From Macrostomum lignano (Eukaryota), in NCBI GenBank assembly GCA_002269645.1, contig NIVC01002255.1:124001-188000 (forward strand): DNA of 64,000 nucleotides. Reading direction: 5' to 3'. The position numbers were made by a program, and so were the translations under genes. This document shows, piece by piece, positions 1 to 11,772 of the stretch. How positions within the stretch are numbered: position 1 is the stretch's first letter; each line of letters starts with the position of its first letter. The notes beneath the pieces are model-generated. The model saw nothing but the letters and a program-made list of their open reading frames with translations, had not been told where the DNA came from and made no database searches.

Positions 1-275
1 CCCACCTTACCTCCAAAATCAACCACTTTCTGCACGATACGTAGTAATCCTTGCTGTAGGTGCACTCCAAGACTGCTCAGCTCAGAATGGGCTGGTTGGA
101 TAATCCCATAGTGCCACAGAACTCTCCCTGGCTTCACATCAAACAGATTATCCCTGTACTGTATCAGATGCTTTACGAATGTTGTTTTTCCTGCATTCGT
201 GGGGCCGCACACAATCATGCAGCTTCCTTGCCGCAGGCGGATATCATAACATCTTCTACTCACAGTTGATTCCAT
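1..275 (-). CDS. Polinton-type DNA packaging ATPase, N-terminal part (partial, continues beyond position 1)
   Basis: My translation from ATG 275 gives MESTVSRRCYDIRLRQGSCMIVCGPTNAGKTTFVKHLIQYRDNLFDVKPGRVLWHYG, with Walker A GPTNAGKT in the typical Polinton context. No stop before the window edge. Absent from the ORF track. Confidence 0.8.
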   Translation of the reverse strand, partial: MESTVSRRCYDIRLRQGSCMIVCGPTNAGKTTFVKHLIQYRDNLFDVKPGRVLWHYGIIQPAHSELSSLGVHLQQGLLRIVQKVVDFGGKV

Positions 276-341
276 CTCTAAACCGAGTTAAGTAAAAAAA
301 TCACGATACTGTTCCTTTCTTAAGCTATCTTCAAACTCCCA

Positions 342-656
342 CTACATTCTGTCATTCAGATGACTTTTTTCCTTTGCATGCAGATGCCACAGAATGCACC
401 GAAACGACCGCTTGAATCGAAACTTCTGATAGACAAAATAGAGACAAAACAGACCGCAGTTAACAGAGTTGCAGCTCTGAATTCGATTCAAATTACAACG
501 CATATGAATTGGGGAATTCCAAACTTCTTTGAGGGTTGTATGTATTACCCCTAAAGTCTTTAGATCCCAGCCGAGAGAATTAAAAAGTTCGATTGAGTTT
601 CCTTCACTAACATAGCAAACTACCCAGTGACCGAAGGACACGTTATGTTGTAGCAA
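342..656 (-). pseudogene. Adenain-like (Polinton) cysteine protease, 5'-truncated
   Basis: GHWVVCY (catalytic His), ELFNSLG, and IQSCNSVNCGLFCLYF (oxyanion Gln and catalytic Cys). No true ATG; the N-terminus is lost at the junction with the capsid remnant. Confidence 0.8.
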
Positions 657-699
657 GAAGAAAATAAAGTGAATTTACTTCTATATGCATCATCTTTCA

Positions 700-2066
700 G
701 ATTTGCGAACATGCAGAACGCATTGGGAAATTTCCATGCGCTAGTCTGTGGTGTTTTCAGCCGGGGTTCTGATGGAAAATGCAGCATCGCTCGGTAGCGA
801 CTTGACATGTAGGTGCAGATTGTTCAACAGAAACACTGGGCACTGAAAGATGTCGCTGAGCAGCGGACCCGCATACTCCACCCATCGGGACTCCCTGTGG
901 CTCTCCAGGTGCGACTCAGCAGCTGAGTCGGGTTGCAGGAATCCCGCAGGGTAGAACTTTAGGTGCTGTGCATCGGATGAACTCATCAGAGCTTTGAAGT
1001 CGGCATGGTAGGGATACCGTAGAGTTGGTCTCCCCCAGACACAACTCGCTGGTTGATGCTGACGATGCTGATGCTGGCCGAAGATAGCACAAAGTTTTCG
1101 GGGTATACATCACTGTCTCTGCGTTCGGTAACAACTCCATCATCGTCTCGAACATCCTCTCTCAACTCCATCACCATCTCGAACATCCTCTCTCAACTCC
1201 ATCACCATCTCGAACATACCCTCTCAACTCCATCATCATCTCGAACATCCTCTCTCAACTCCATTATCATCTCGAACATCCTCTCTCAACTCCATCACCA
1301 TCTCGAACATCCTCTCTCAACTCCATTATCATCTCGAACATCCTCTCTCAACTCAATCACCATCTCGAACATCCTCTCTCAACTCCATCACCATCTCGAA
1401 CATCCTCTCTCAACTCAATCAACATCTCGAACATCCTCTCTCAACTCAATCACCATCTCGAACATACTCTCTCAACTCCATCATCATCTCGAACATCCTC
1501 TCTCAACTCCATTATCATCTCGAACATCCTCTCTCAACTCCATCACCATCTCGAACATCCTCTCTCAACTCCATTATCATCTCGAACATCCTCTCTCAAC
1601 TCAATCACCATCTCGAACATCCTCTCTCAACTCCATCACCATCTCGAACATCCTCTCTCAACTCAATCACCATCTCGAACATCCTCTCTCAACTCCATCA
1701 TCATCTCGAACATCCTCTCTCAACTCAATCACCATCTCGAACATCCTCTCTCAACTCAATCACCATCTCGAACATCCTCTCTCAACTCCATCATCATCTC
1801 GAACATCCTCTCTCAACTCCATCATCATCTCGAACATCCTCTCTCAACAAACCTCCACCCCCGTCGGACAAGGCGACAGCGAATGTATAGAAAAGAGTTA
1901 AGCAGATCAGTGTATTCGTCAGCTGATGGATGGCAGTCAAATTCAATGGGAGAGTTTGCAGCAATGGAGTTCACAGGGTGGATATCAACATATGAGGACT
2001 TATCAATAGCAGTCTGTAATTCGGAGGTTTAAACTAATCGAGTCGAAGGTTGTATCCGTAAGCCAT
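700..2066 (-). pseudogene. Polinton major capsid protein (double jelly-roll, PY), N-terminal half, disrupted
   Basis: Segments stitched across frames: LQTAIDKSSYVDIHPVNSIAANSPIEFDCHPSADEYTDLLNSFLYIRCRLV; SINQRVVSGGDQL/YPYHADFKALMSSSDAQH; GPLLSDIFQCPVFLLNNLHLHVK; RMEISQCVLHVRK. Contains in-frame stops, frameshifts and a 0.72 kb minisatellite; the C-terminal half is missing. Confidence 0.8.
1130..1848. repeat. 31-bp minisatellite, about 23 copies, inside the capsid pseudogene
   Basis: Unit catcctctctcaactccatcaccatctcgaa. Three units give the 31-aa periodicity of ORF 1053..1901. Confidence 0.95.
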
Positions 2067-2068
2067 GT

Positions 2069-2443
2069 TCAAGATAGGGAATCCAAAACACGTTTCACTT
2101 TTTTTCTGCTTGCTTTTTGTTTTCCCTTAGCTAACTTCTCACTTTTTGTTTTGGTTAGCCTTTTCTTAAGTTTCTTTCGGCTACCCGCATCAGTTTGCTT
2201 TTTTGATGTTCTCTTTCTACCACTTCGCCCAACTATCTTCCGTGTCTTATTCTTTTTACTACGATTTTTCGGTGCTTGTTTTTTTCTGCTGCTTGATTGA
2301 GCTGACTTGGCTGTTAAAATTGACGATGGTGTAGTTGACGGCGGGGGCTGGTATGTTGCAATTCCTGGGAGACTCTCGCACCCATGCAGTGCGGGCTTTT
2401 CGCTGGCCCCTGAATACTGTCGAATCAGCTGTTGATAGTTCAT
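2069..2443 (-). CDS. Small Lys/Arg-rich protein, putative viral core/DNA-condensing protein
   Basis: Open frame from MNYQQLIRQYSG with a strongly basic C-terminal half, lying between the penton and major capsid genes with overlapping or abutting start and stop codons. Confidence 0.55.
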   Translation of the reverse strand: MNYQQLIRQYSGASEKPALHGCESLPGIATYQPPPSTTPSSILTAKSAQSSSRKKQAPKNRSKKNKTRKIVGRSGRKRTSKKQTDAGSRKKLKKRLTKTKSEKLAKGKQKASRKKVKRVLDSLS

Positions 2444-3187
2444 TGAAGGCATTTCTCTCGAATCTGGATGGTAAGCAAAACAGGACTGCAACACTGCGAG
2501 GTCAGTGGACAGCCAAATATATCAAGAAGCTGAATACGAATGTTGTGTAAGATATAATCATTTTCTTAAACACTTTGCTCACGTAGCTACCCCATTGGAT
2601 TTCAGAACCCATCCCAACAGTCCGCAGCAGAGAGTTCCTGTTGCAGTTACTTGGCTCGATAATGCTGCAGTGAATGTTAATTAGATCCGTGGATGAGCAG
2701 CCAATGCATTGGCTTGACTCATGGCGTCCGGGTTGGATTTTCACGGGCTGGTTCTCAAAGCCCAACCAGTGAAGAATTTTACTAGCTGGAATAAAAATCT
2801 CCGTTCTGGCTGTGTTGTTGTGTACGACTGTCCTCTCATTGATAATTTCAAATTTTATGCCGAAATCTTTATTGCTGCGTCCCATCAGACCGGACTCATC
2901 AGCCTCCATATTTCGGTATCCCTGTCACTCATCGCATCAAAGAACAGCGAATCAGAGTTGGCCAGCAGCTCATTCATGCGCTCCACCAGTTCCTCCACTC
3001 TAGCAAAGCGTCCGGGTTGAAGAACCAGGGCCTCATGCTCTCTTCCATCTGAGACAGTGAAGCAGTAAGGCTCGTCAACATTGAACCATGCAGCAGGCAG
3101 ATGGATTTCAGCCAGACCTGCCTCATAGTCCACATTTCGATCCAAGTAAATAGGTGAAGGCAGGTGAAGATTAAAGTCATTCGGCAA
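2440..3187 (-). pseudogene. Polinton minor capsid protein (penton, PX), frameshifted and 5'-truncated
   Basis: DFNLHLPSPIYLDRNVDYEAGLAEIHLPAAWFNV, INIHCSIIEPSNCNRNSLLRTV and LLDIFGCPLTSQCCSPVLLTIQIREK are spread over three frames. Confidence 0.75.
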
Positions 3188-3935
3188 ATGCCCGGCTTAC
3201 GGCAAAAGCTGCTCAAAATGCGGAAAGCGCAATCATTTTGCCTCAGTTTGCCGCTCGGCTGGGCTGAAACCAGTGCATCACTCGGATGTCCGACCTGATG
3301 AGGCCTGTGATGACAATAAATCTGAAGTTCTTCACCTTACGGACACGAACAGCGTTCACGCTATAGCTGAAGCATCTGAGGATGCATCGTAGTCAATGGT
3401 ACTAAAGTGCCCATGCAGCTCGACACTGGGGCTTCCGTCTCGGTGCTTTCAAGCAAAATCTGGAAGTCTCTCGATTGTCCTATTCTTACTGCATGTCATC
3501 GCAAGCTCGAGGCCTATGAGGGACACACAATGAAAACGCTCGGGAAGCTTTCCGCGACCGTCGAAATGAGAGGCCGGCTGCAACCTGCGGAGGTTATTGT
3601 CGTTTCATCTGAGAAGCCTTTTGGTCTCTTAGGACGAGACCTGCTTGATGCAGACGCAGCTTTTCATGCAACTTCGAAATCGTCTTTGCCTTCGGTGGCA
3701 AAGACGATTCGAGAATGTACGAGATGTCGTTTGAGCTGCTTCAGTTTCTCCCATTGGTAGAGATTCAAATTGAAGCCAGGGATGCCGGGCTTCAAGCCTC
3801 CTTCAGTTGGACAAAAAAACGCCGAATAGCGAAGAAGCGATGCCTTAAGAGTTATTTAGATATTGATCAGAATAGCTGAAGTCGTTTAGCTAAGCATCAG
3901 AGAAACTGCCCCCCTTATATATTATCGGAGAGGAG
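3186..3935 (+). mobile_element. Ty3/Gypsy LTR retrotransposon fragment: Gag zinc knuckle and aspartic protease, internally deleted
   Basis: CPAYGKSCSKCGKRNHFASVCRS (CCHC knuckle, 3188 onward), an in-frame stop, then MQLDTGASVSVL and LLGRDLL. Purine tract ggagaggag at 3927-3935. Confidence 0.85.
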
Positions 3936-4614
3936 TGGCGTAGGTGTTTGATATAGCTGCTTGTTGGAACTATGGTATTAGATTAATGTAGAACCCTGAT
4001 CAGTTTATTCTTTTCAATGCTAACACGTAAGTTAAAGCAGTTATCCTGATACTCTGTTTAATTGTCACACTCTTTGTTTCATTATCTTATTAAAGGTAAT
4101 GCATTCATTATCTAACGATTTTGTCTCATATCATAGTCCAAATTTAAGAATTCATTATCTAACGATTTTGTCTCATATCATAGTCCAAATTTAAGCATTC
4201 ATTATCTAACGATTTTGTCTCATATCATAGTCCAAATTTAAGCATTCATTATCTAACGATTTTGTCTCATATCATAGTCCAAATTTAAGAATTCATTATC
4301 AAACGATTTTGTCTCATATCATAGTCCAAATTTAAGAATTCATTATCTAACGATTTTGTCTCATATCATAGTCCAAATTTAAGAATTCATTATTAAACGA
4401 TTTTGTCTCATATCATAGTCCAAATTTAAGCATTCATTATCAAACGATTTTGTCTCATATCATAGTCTAAATTTAAGCATTAATTATCTAACGATTTTGT
4501 CTCATATCATAGTCCAAATTTAAGAATTCATTATCTAACGATTTTGTCTCATATCATAGTCCAAATTTAAGAATTCACTATCAAACGTTTGATAATGACA
4601 GATTAATTATTCAA
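3936..4614 (+). repeat. Possible 3' LTR of the Gypsy fragment, expanded by a 47-bp tandem repeat
   Basis: TG follows the purine tract directly, ATTAAA lies near 4089, and the segment ends ttcaaca. No second LTR is available for comparison. Confidence 0.3.
4101..4588. repeat. 47-bp tandem repeat, about 10 copies
   Basis: Unit (a/c)attcattatctaacgattttgtctcatatcatagtccaaatttaag. Confidence 0.95.
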
Positions 4615-4653
4615 CACACTTTTACTGCGAAATCATGTGACAATAATATTATG

Positions 4654-4740
4654 TATACGGTTTCATAGGTAGATAATGATCAAAGTCACTCGTAGCTCGC
4701 CACTCGTGACAATTGATCATTATCTCTGAAACCGTGTATA
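4654..4740. repeat. Imperfect 87-bp palindrome (hairpin-forming)
   Basis: tatacggtttca..agataatgatcaa..gtcac pairs with gtgac..ttgatcattatct..tgaaaccgtgtata. Confidence 0.75.
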
Positions 4741-5192
4741 TAACTAACCATTATGATAATCTTTATCAATCAAAACAAAGCACACACATGGTAAACAGTT
4801 AACCACCAACAAACTAGCAAATTCGGCAGGGTGCTGCTAATCTTCAACCTGACCAACACACTCGCACAGTACATTGCGCGCTGGGCCTCTCCAATTTCTC
4901 CAGTTCAACCGACCCCACGCTCTGCCTTGCATGCATCCCTACCCCGATCGCCCCGTACGCTCGCTCTCCTATCTCCGCACTGTTCGGCAGTGTTCTGATA
5001 ACCAATACTAATGGCGCTTTTCAAAAAAATATGCATCGCTTAAGCAATGAAATATTTCGTTGTGATATTGAAAAAATCTATAAGTGTAAAGTCGTTACAA
5101 ATTTGTGATATATAAGGGTGATAAATAAATTGGCTAAATTGTTTAAAACAGACGAAGTACCACAGCACGAAATTAGCGGCATTGCAAAGAAA

Positions 5193-7564
5193 ATGTTAGC
5201 TCGACTGTTTCTAATTATTGTGGCTGCAACAGCGCTGACGCTGGCCAGCCAGGGAATGCCTCGCTTTGACTACTCAACGTCAAGAAAGATCATGCTGACC
5301 TGGGATGACCGCTGGGAGGTGGGCGGTTCTAACATGCTCGCCATCCTTAGCAAAGACAAGAAGATCATCATTCGAGTGAAGGTTTCCGGTGACACTGGTG
5401 GCGGTATGAAGCGAATGCTCTTCTACAAGTGTCCAAAAAACACTGCAGAAGAAAGCATCGATCTCAGCTCACTGGCCACCACATCGACCACAGACAGGTG
5501 CTCGAGCACCATCTCCTTCCAGGTGTCGGCACTAAAATCGGTAGACGACACGGACTTCCAGCTTGCGATGGGGTCTTCAAAGCTGAGCTACACAGAGGTG
5601 TTCCGAGAGCGCATCGAGTTCTTTATAAAAATTGAATATGCGACTGGAGAATTAGTGTCCAACCGGCTGTTTGTCTGGAGTTTGGACGCAATCAGCAGCT
5701 TCAGCTCGGCATCAACGAGCACCTCTTACAAAAAGAGGTTCCTAACCGATGCAGCCGTGAATTACATGAAAAAAACGTCCACGGCTACCTCTGGATTCGA
5801 CAGTATACAGTTTCTAGAGCCGGCAATCAGCCGAGTTCTCAAGGAGGCTCCCGACTTTTTCAAGGCAAAGATGAACCTCGGCTCAATTCTGTACTTTGAT
5901 GCTGGCTCCTGCTTGACATTCCAAATGGGAAAGTCCATCATGTTTGTGAACTATAATTCCAAGCTCGATGACGATAACCAGAACTTCCAGAAGCTCATGA
6001 AACTAAACATTGATGATGGAAAGCTGTGGTACTCTGCTTGCGGACTCAGAAATGAAGTCAAACGATTTTATGATGAGAAAAAGCCTGCAACATCTATTGG
6101 AATCTGTTCGATTGTGTCGTTCTCTGGTGAAGTTGAACCGTACCAAAACACTGAAGCTGTGGAACAGCGAGTTCCAATTAGCGTACCTCCTACTCCACCT
6201 GTGTCTCGTCTGACAAGACCTGCGAAGTGGTCCCTGGCATCAGTCCGAACGTGACTATCTTGTCTGGCATGGATTTTACAGCCATCGTGTGCCCGATCAT
6301 CTGCAACGATAAAACGGAGGTGTTTCGCTTCTACCGCAACGACGTTCAGATGGTCGGGTCTGGAGATGAATGGACCTACGTGGACGGCTTACGAATTTCT
6401 AGGACAGGGAACATTGTCGAGTTTCCGCACACACTGAGTAACCGTCACTCAGGTGTCTACAGGTGCGAAGCCGGGTCAAAGAGCTTCAGCTTCAAAGTGA
6501 AGGTAATTTCTCTTCCGCAGTTCCAGACTGAGACCTTCGTCTCCGACAGTCACGCCAAGATTACAGGTCTGTTGCCACCAAAAGTGTACGCCATCGAGGA
6601 CGAGTACGTTTCCTACAGCTGCATCGTAAACTTTGCCAGTCTGGAAACCGTCAAGATCGAGCCAGTGTTCTATTTTGTAGAGACGGTCGGAGGGTCCCAA
6701 TCTTGGACAAAGATGACCCTTGACGAGTTCCGATCCAAGGTCAACACAGATGGTTCCAACTTCTTCCTGAACGCGACTTCGGCAGGAAAAGACTCAAAGC
6801 GCTTGACTGCTACGGTTCGCCGTGTTCCGCCAGTGTACACAACGTACGGCACAAACTTCTCTCACAGATTTGTGTGCGACGTGTCCATCGATCGCTCCGA
6901 GTCTATGATGGTCGGAATGCCGACCTACAAAGTTCAGAGCGGCGGTGACGTCGTGTTCATTCCGAGACTCACTCGCAAACAGTTCGTGCTCAACCCGAAC
7001 AACAACTGCTCAGTGCAGGGCTGCGGATTCAGCAAGGGTGCGTTTTTCGAGTTCAGTCTCACGGACGAGTTCATGGCCTACCTGACGAGAGTCGGAGTGG
7101 ATGTCGAATCCTACCTTCGACTGGACAATGACCTGCTCGACAATGTCAAGATTCTGTTCAACAACGCGTCGGAGATCTCGACGACGAATGCGCCGCAGCG
7201 ACTCGCTTACAAAATCTACCCCGTGAGCAGCCCGGATGTGGCGAAGGAGCTCGTGAAGAGGAAGCGACTCATTCCGGTGTACAACTTCCGCTATCGGACT
7301 GGCTCGAACATCGCCAACCTGAAGCTGGACAAGGAGCGTCACGGAGAACCGATCGCCGCGCTGGGTCAGTCGGACTGTCGGCAGGACAGCCTGTGCTTCT
7401 ACTCGACCGACTTCGACATCGGATCATCCTTGTCGTTCCTTCCAGTGTCGCTCACATTCACAATGCCGGAAGCCGCGTCTTCGTTGAAATCCGCTGCCAG
7501 CGAGGTTGCCGTATTCGCTATGGCCATGTTTGCCTTTCTCTCTGAGAAAGTCTGCAACTCTTAA
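5193..7564 (+). pseudogene. Ig-like surface protein, copy A (signal peptide, shared ectodomain, GPI-signal-like C-terminus); 1-bp deletion near 6184
   Basis: Signal peptide MLARLFLIIVAATALTLAS from ATG 5193. ORFs 5118..6254 and 6227..7564 join if one A is restored (copy A agcgtacc, copy B agcgatacc). Ends SSLKSAASEVAVFAMAMFAFLSEKVCNS. The break may be a sequencing error, in which case this is an intact CDS. Confidence 0.75.
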
Positions 7565-8539
7565 AGAAACTCTGACAAAGCAGTAAAACTCTATAATTTT
7601 GTTTATACGACCTATCATGACGGGTTGAAATCTTTTATTGCACTTTGTCCAGTAATCAAATCAAAATTTCTTTTGACGATTTTCTAAAATTGTATCTAAT
7701 GTACAACTCGATTTGCAGAACTATATGGTGAAATATTCTTTCAGATTTTATTATATAGCTTTTCAATACAAGTTGATTACTCGTTTGAGTACCGAAGCTG
7801 TGTCGTAGCGATCGTGTGTTTAATTGGATTTGATAAATTTTAAACAATGTTTTATATTAAACTTATTCACGTATGCAAAATTCTGACGCATAATAGCTAA
7901 TCCCCTGCATTAAAAAATCGTTTTTATTCAATCTCTTTAACGACATGTGTGATTAAATTTAAAAGAACAACTTTTTAAACGGAAATATACTCTGATATTT
8001 TTACTGTTAGTAGTGCAAAAATTAGTTTAGCACTGTTTCTTACTGTTTCAACTCATATATAGCTAGCCAATTAGTTAATGACGCAAGTTTTGCGTCTCTA
8101 AATTATCGCTATTGGTTCTTTGGCTCTTAAATAAAGAGTTAAGAGCGGCTACTCTCGTAATTAAAATTGAAATGATTACATATGGCTATAGCTTAGACTT
8201 TATTACATTTTAAAGAGTTTAAAATGTAATAATATTCTCTATTTTCAGTTTAAAGTGTACACTAAAGCGACCTATTTCTCCGATTTAACAACTGTACTGC
8301 ATATGGAAAATTGGCTCTATTGAATTTAAAACAACACACGAAGAAAACAACATGCAACATTTTGCGCACGAATTGCGGGTCTCCGCGCGAGCAACCGGAA
8401 CTCTTAGAATAAAGATTGTCGAGAGTTGATTCTGCGAATTTATCTGCTCGTGTTTTTTTTGAAGCTTGTACAGTATCGACAACCTCTCCCCAGGCGTTGG
8501 CTCACCTGGCACAGAGGATGTGATACGATTGGTAATTCC

Positions 8540-8809
8540 GGTGCTGGCGCCCCTGGTGCTGGCGCCCCTGGTGCTGGCGCCCCTGGTGCTGGCGCCCCTG
8601 GTGCTGGCGCCCCTGGTGCTGGCGCCCCTGGTGCTGGCGCCCCTGGTGCTGGCGCCCCTGGTGCTGGCGCCCCTGGTGCTGGCGCCCCTGGTGCTGGCGC
8701 CCCTGGTGCTGGCGCCCCTGGTGCTGGCGCCCCTGGTGCTGGCGCCCCTGGTGCTGGCGCCCCTGGTGCTGGCGCCCCTGGTGCTGGCGCCCCTGGTGCT
8801 GGCGCCCCA
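8540..8809. repeat. Perfect 15-bp tandem repeat, 18 copies
   Basis: Unit ggtgctggcgcccct; reads (GAGAP)n, (VLAPL)n, or (RQHQG)n on the minus strand. Confidence 0.97.
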
Positions 8810-11772
8810 GGTTAGGGATCAATGAATTAACTAATCAATTATCAAATTAATCAAGTTAGCAGCTATAGTCAAATGAAATGGTGTCAATTTGTCTCCGCCA
8901 CTGCACGCTGTGGAGAGTGGCTAATAATGTACATGTATGTGTCGCATTTCATTTGTGGCCATTAAGGGCAGCTGTGGATGTAAGGGCACCGTGGGATTAA
9001 GGATATGATGGGCATAGAGGCACAGGCAGAATTTTCGCCCCAATATTTAGGCCGATCGAGTTTAGTCATCTTTTATAATGGCAGACTATATACCATGTGT
9101 AGCTAGAGACAATATGCAGACATCTAGCTGTTTGCCTAGAACTGCACAAAAACAGTCTCGCGTCGAGGGTTTGTAGTTAAAACTCGTTGCTTGCACAGTG
9201 GCACGCTGTTCACAGTTTTCTTCTATTGTGCTGCTGCTTTATGTAAGGTATAATAGTCGTACAGCAAGGCATGGGTAGGAGAGAGTATAGCCAAGTCTGG
9301 TTGACCAAACGAGCAATTGTCTTGCTTATATAATTAAGTACGCACAACATGCAAGCAAAGGCAATCGTCAGAAGCAGAAGCGCGGCGATGGAGATGCGAA
9401 TTCTATGCTTTCGTGCGAACTCTGCTGCTGCATGGGGTGAAAGCCGGGGGAAGGTCTGAAGTAAATACAGTAGTGACTCAGCACCCAAAGACACCACCTA
9501 CCTAATCAGGGACGCCAACAGTTAGACATCTGGCAGCTCTTATTGGGGCTATGCAGCTAGCTTCACCCTACCTAAATATAGGCATCCGTACAATGTCTTT
9601 AGTTATATTTGATGAAATATTTTGCACATGATAAAAAACGAAGCTAAAAAAGTGTTAGTGAACTCGAAGAAGAACTTGCAAATTCTTCCAATGTGCTCTC
9701 AACGCAAGTGAAGAGAAGCAGCGTTTCACAAGCTCGAAACATCACAAGATCAAAGTCTCTTTCCAGCTGCCTTTCTGGCATTGAGATGAGGAGAATTGCC
9801 CCCCCCCCCACTTCAAATATGCTTAATCGCAATCAGGCACTGGCACTCCTCTATGGGTCTAGGGGAAGTCATGCAGTGTGGTCAAAGAGCCACGGAAACG
9901 AACTTAGCTCTACAAAATCCAGACATTGGCGCTAAATTGGCGCTACAATTTAGTTTCTGGCGCTAAAATATAACTTATAAAAAACGGCATTTAAAAAAAT
10001 TGGTAGCAAAACAGCGAAATTAATCAAAGCTTCACTTGGGCATGGTTTGCATGGTTTGAAATTCGTCAAACCAGATTCTCTCTCTGAGACACACTCAGAC
10101 TGCACACACTCAGAGTCTCAGACTATAGGCAGTAAATTTTGCTGCAGAATTTTTAGCCTTTCTTTACTTCTCTTATTCTTCTTCTCTCTTGTCTCGAGAC
10201 TGGGGCGCACAATACCCTGTAAGCTCTGGCTTAGCTAGCCAAAGAGACCCGCCCGCATGCAGGCAATGGCTCAGCGCTAAGCCTCACAAGCTAAAAAACC
10301 CCCGAACCACTGAGACATACAATATGAGAGTTCGGTATTTGTCAGCAACTGCCATGAATGGAGAAGGCCACGATGGCGCAGCTACGGCTCGTAAAGCGCG
10401 TGAAGGAGTCAGGAAAATAGAAAAAAAGGCATTTTTAGATGTCAAAGCTTTAGGGGCCGTTTGGAGACTGCAGTTGGAGACCAAAAAACTGCGCAAGAGA
10501 TAGCTAGCTAGTCGCATTTTCAGACCACTTTGGCTGCTTTTGCTTCTAAAAGAGAATTTTCTGGCTTGCAATAGCAATAATTGCTTTCTAAGAATCTCTG
10601 AAGTGAATCGACTCAATCTAAATTCAAATAAAATTAGAACACATACTCAAAGATTTTATTCCGTAAGCAGAAAATATCCATTCCAACATTCATTATGCAA
10701 TAATAAATGTGATGGAATGACAGCTTAATTTAGACATTATAAGTATTTGCAACCAGGTGATCAAAGAGTTACAAAAGAATTATAAAACCTTACGCAGCTA
10801 TAAACTTTAGTGGCACAAAAACAGGGGACAAAGGTTTGCAAAGAAATTGGTGCTTATAATTTTCAGGCACAGCAATCACTCATAGGTTCCTACAGTAAAG
10901 CACGTGGGCATTTATGCAAGCAAAATAAGGCCGAATATTGTAGCTGGCTGCATATTACCTAACAAATGCGCAGTTAGACGCAAATTAAAATTAGATTGAG
11001 AGAGAAAGGGTATGCTCCAAACGTAAGCATATTTCGAACTAAGGCCCTATATTTAATGGCTGATTTCTTGAGTCTATAATTTCATGATATAGACATTTTT
11101 CACCTAATCATTTGTTATTGAGCTAGCATTACATTAAAATAAAAATATTGCTTTACGCAATAACACAGCAGGCGGGGAGTTTGTAGCAGTACATGTATTA
11201 ATGACACGAAACAAACTAAAAACAATAATAATCGCTTCTAAGCGTAAAGAACCTCCGATATGATAAGCTGTTTATAAGTCTAAAAGCATATCAAAAACAA
11301 GCAAAACCGTGAACAGCACACAACTTTACGAGCTAATGCGTGTACCGTAAGCTTATTGATCAGATAAATGTACATGCAAGTTGAAAATGAGAGAACGCGG
11401 ACGATGTCGCGGATGCTTTTTCCGTCTGCATGTAAGTTCCATCGAATAAAAAGGCACTAAACAGATTTCATTAAAACTACCTAGCTCAGAAACTATATGT
11501 AAAGAAGTAGTTAAAATATACGTTGTACACAACACAAGTTTAAAAAATATATGCGCATTTAAACTGACGCCTCGTTGCCGCCGGCAGCTTCGAATACTTC
11601 CTTTTTGCGCGGATCGTTCTGGTAGCCGCCAATAAACGAGCCCTGTTCACCGAATTCTTCTGCAAAATTTCGGATCAAATTAGTCTAGATTAATCTACGA
11701 GCGCATAGAAAGTGAATTGGTGCAATCGTGGTGGGGTTGGAAGGCATGTGACTAATACTACACTCAAGAAAA

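Larger units (their letters stand above)
1..3187 (-). mobile_element. Degraded Polinton/Maverick (adintovirus-like) endogenous virus, morphogenetic gene module; runs off window start
   Basis: Five tightly packed co-oriented minus-strand genes with family motifs: penton, basic protein, major capsid, cysteine protease, FtsK/A32-type ATPase. The penton stop overlaps the next start (ATGA, 2440-2443) and the basic-protein stop is 2 nt from the capsid ATG. Confidence 0.88.

Noticed and set aside
620-808. 62-aa ORF as the protease N-terminus
   Set aside because: Another frame of the same DNA carries capsid motifs (RMEISQCVLHVRK), so this is a deletion junction read out of frame.
1053-1901. 282-aa Ser/His-rich ORF
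   Set aside because: It is the translation of the 31-bp minisatellite, antisense to the capsid pseudogene.
3290-3330. Hammerhead ribozyme core (CTGATGAG)
   Set aside because: No closing stem II with GAAA follows, and it lies within Gypsy gag-pro coding DNA.
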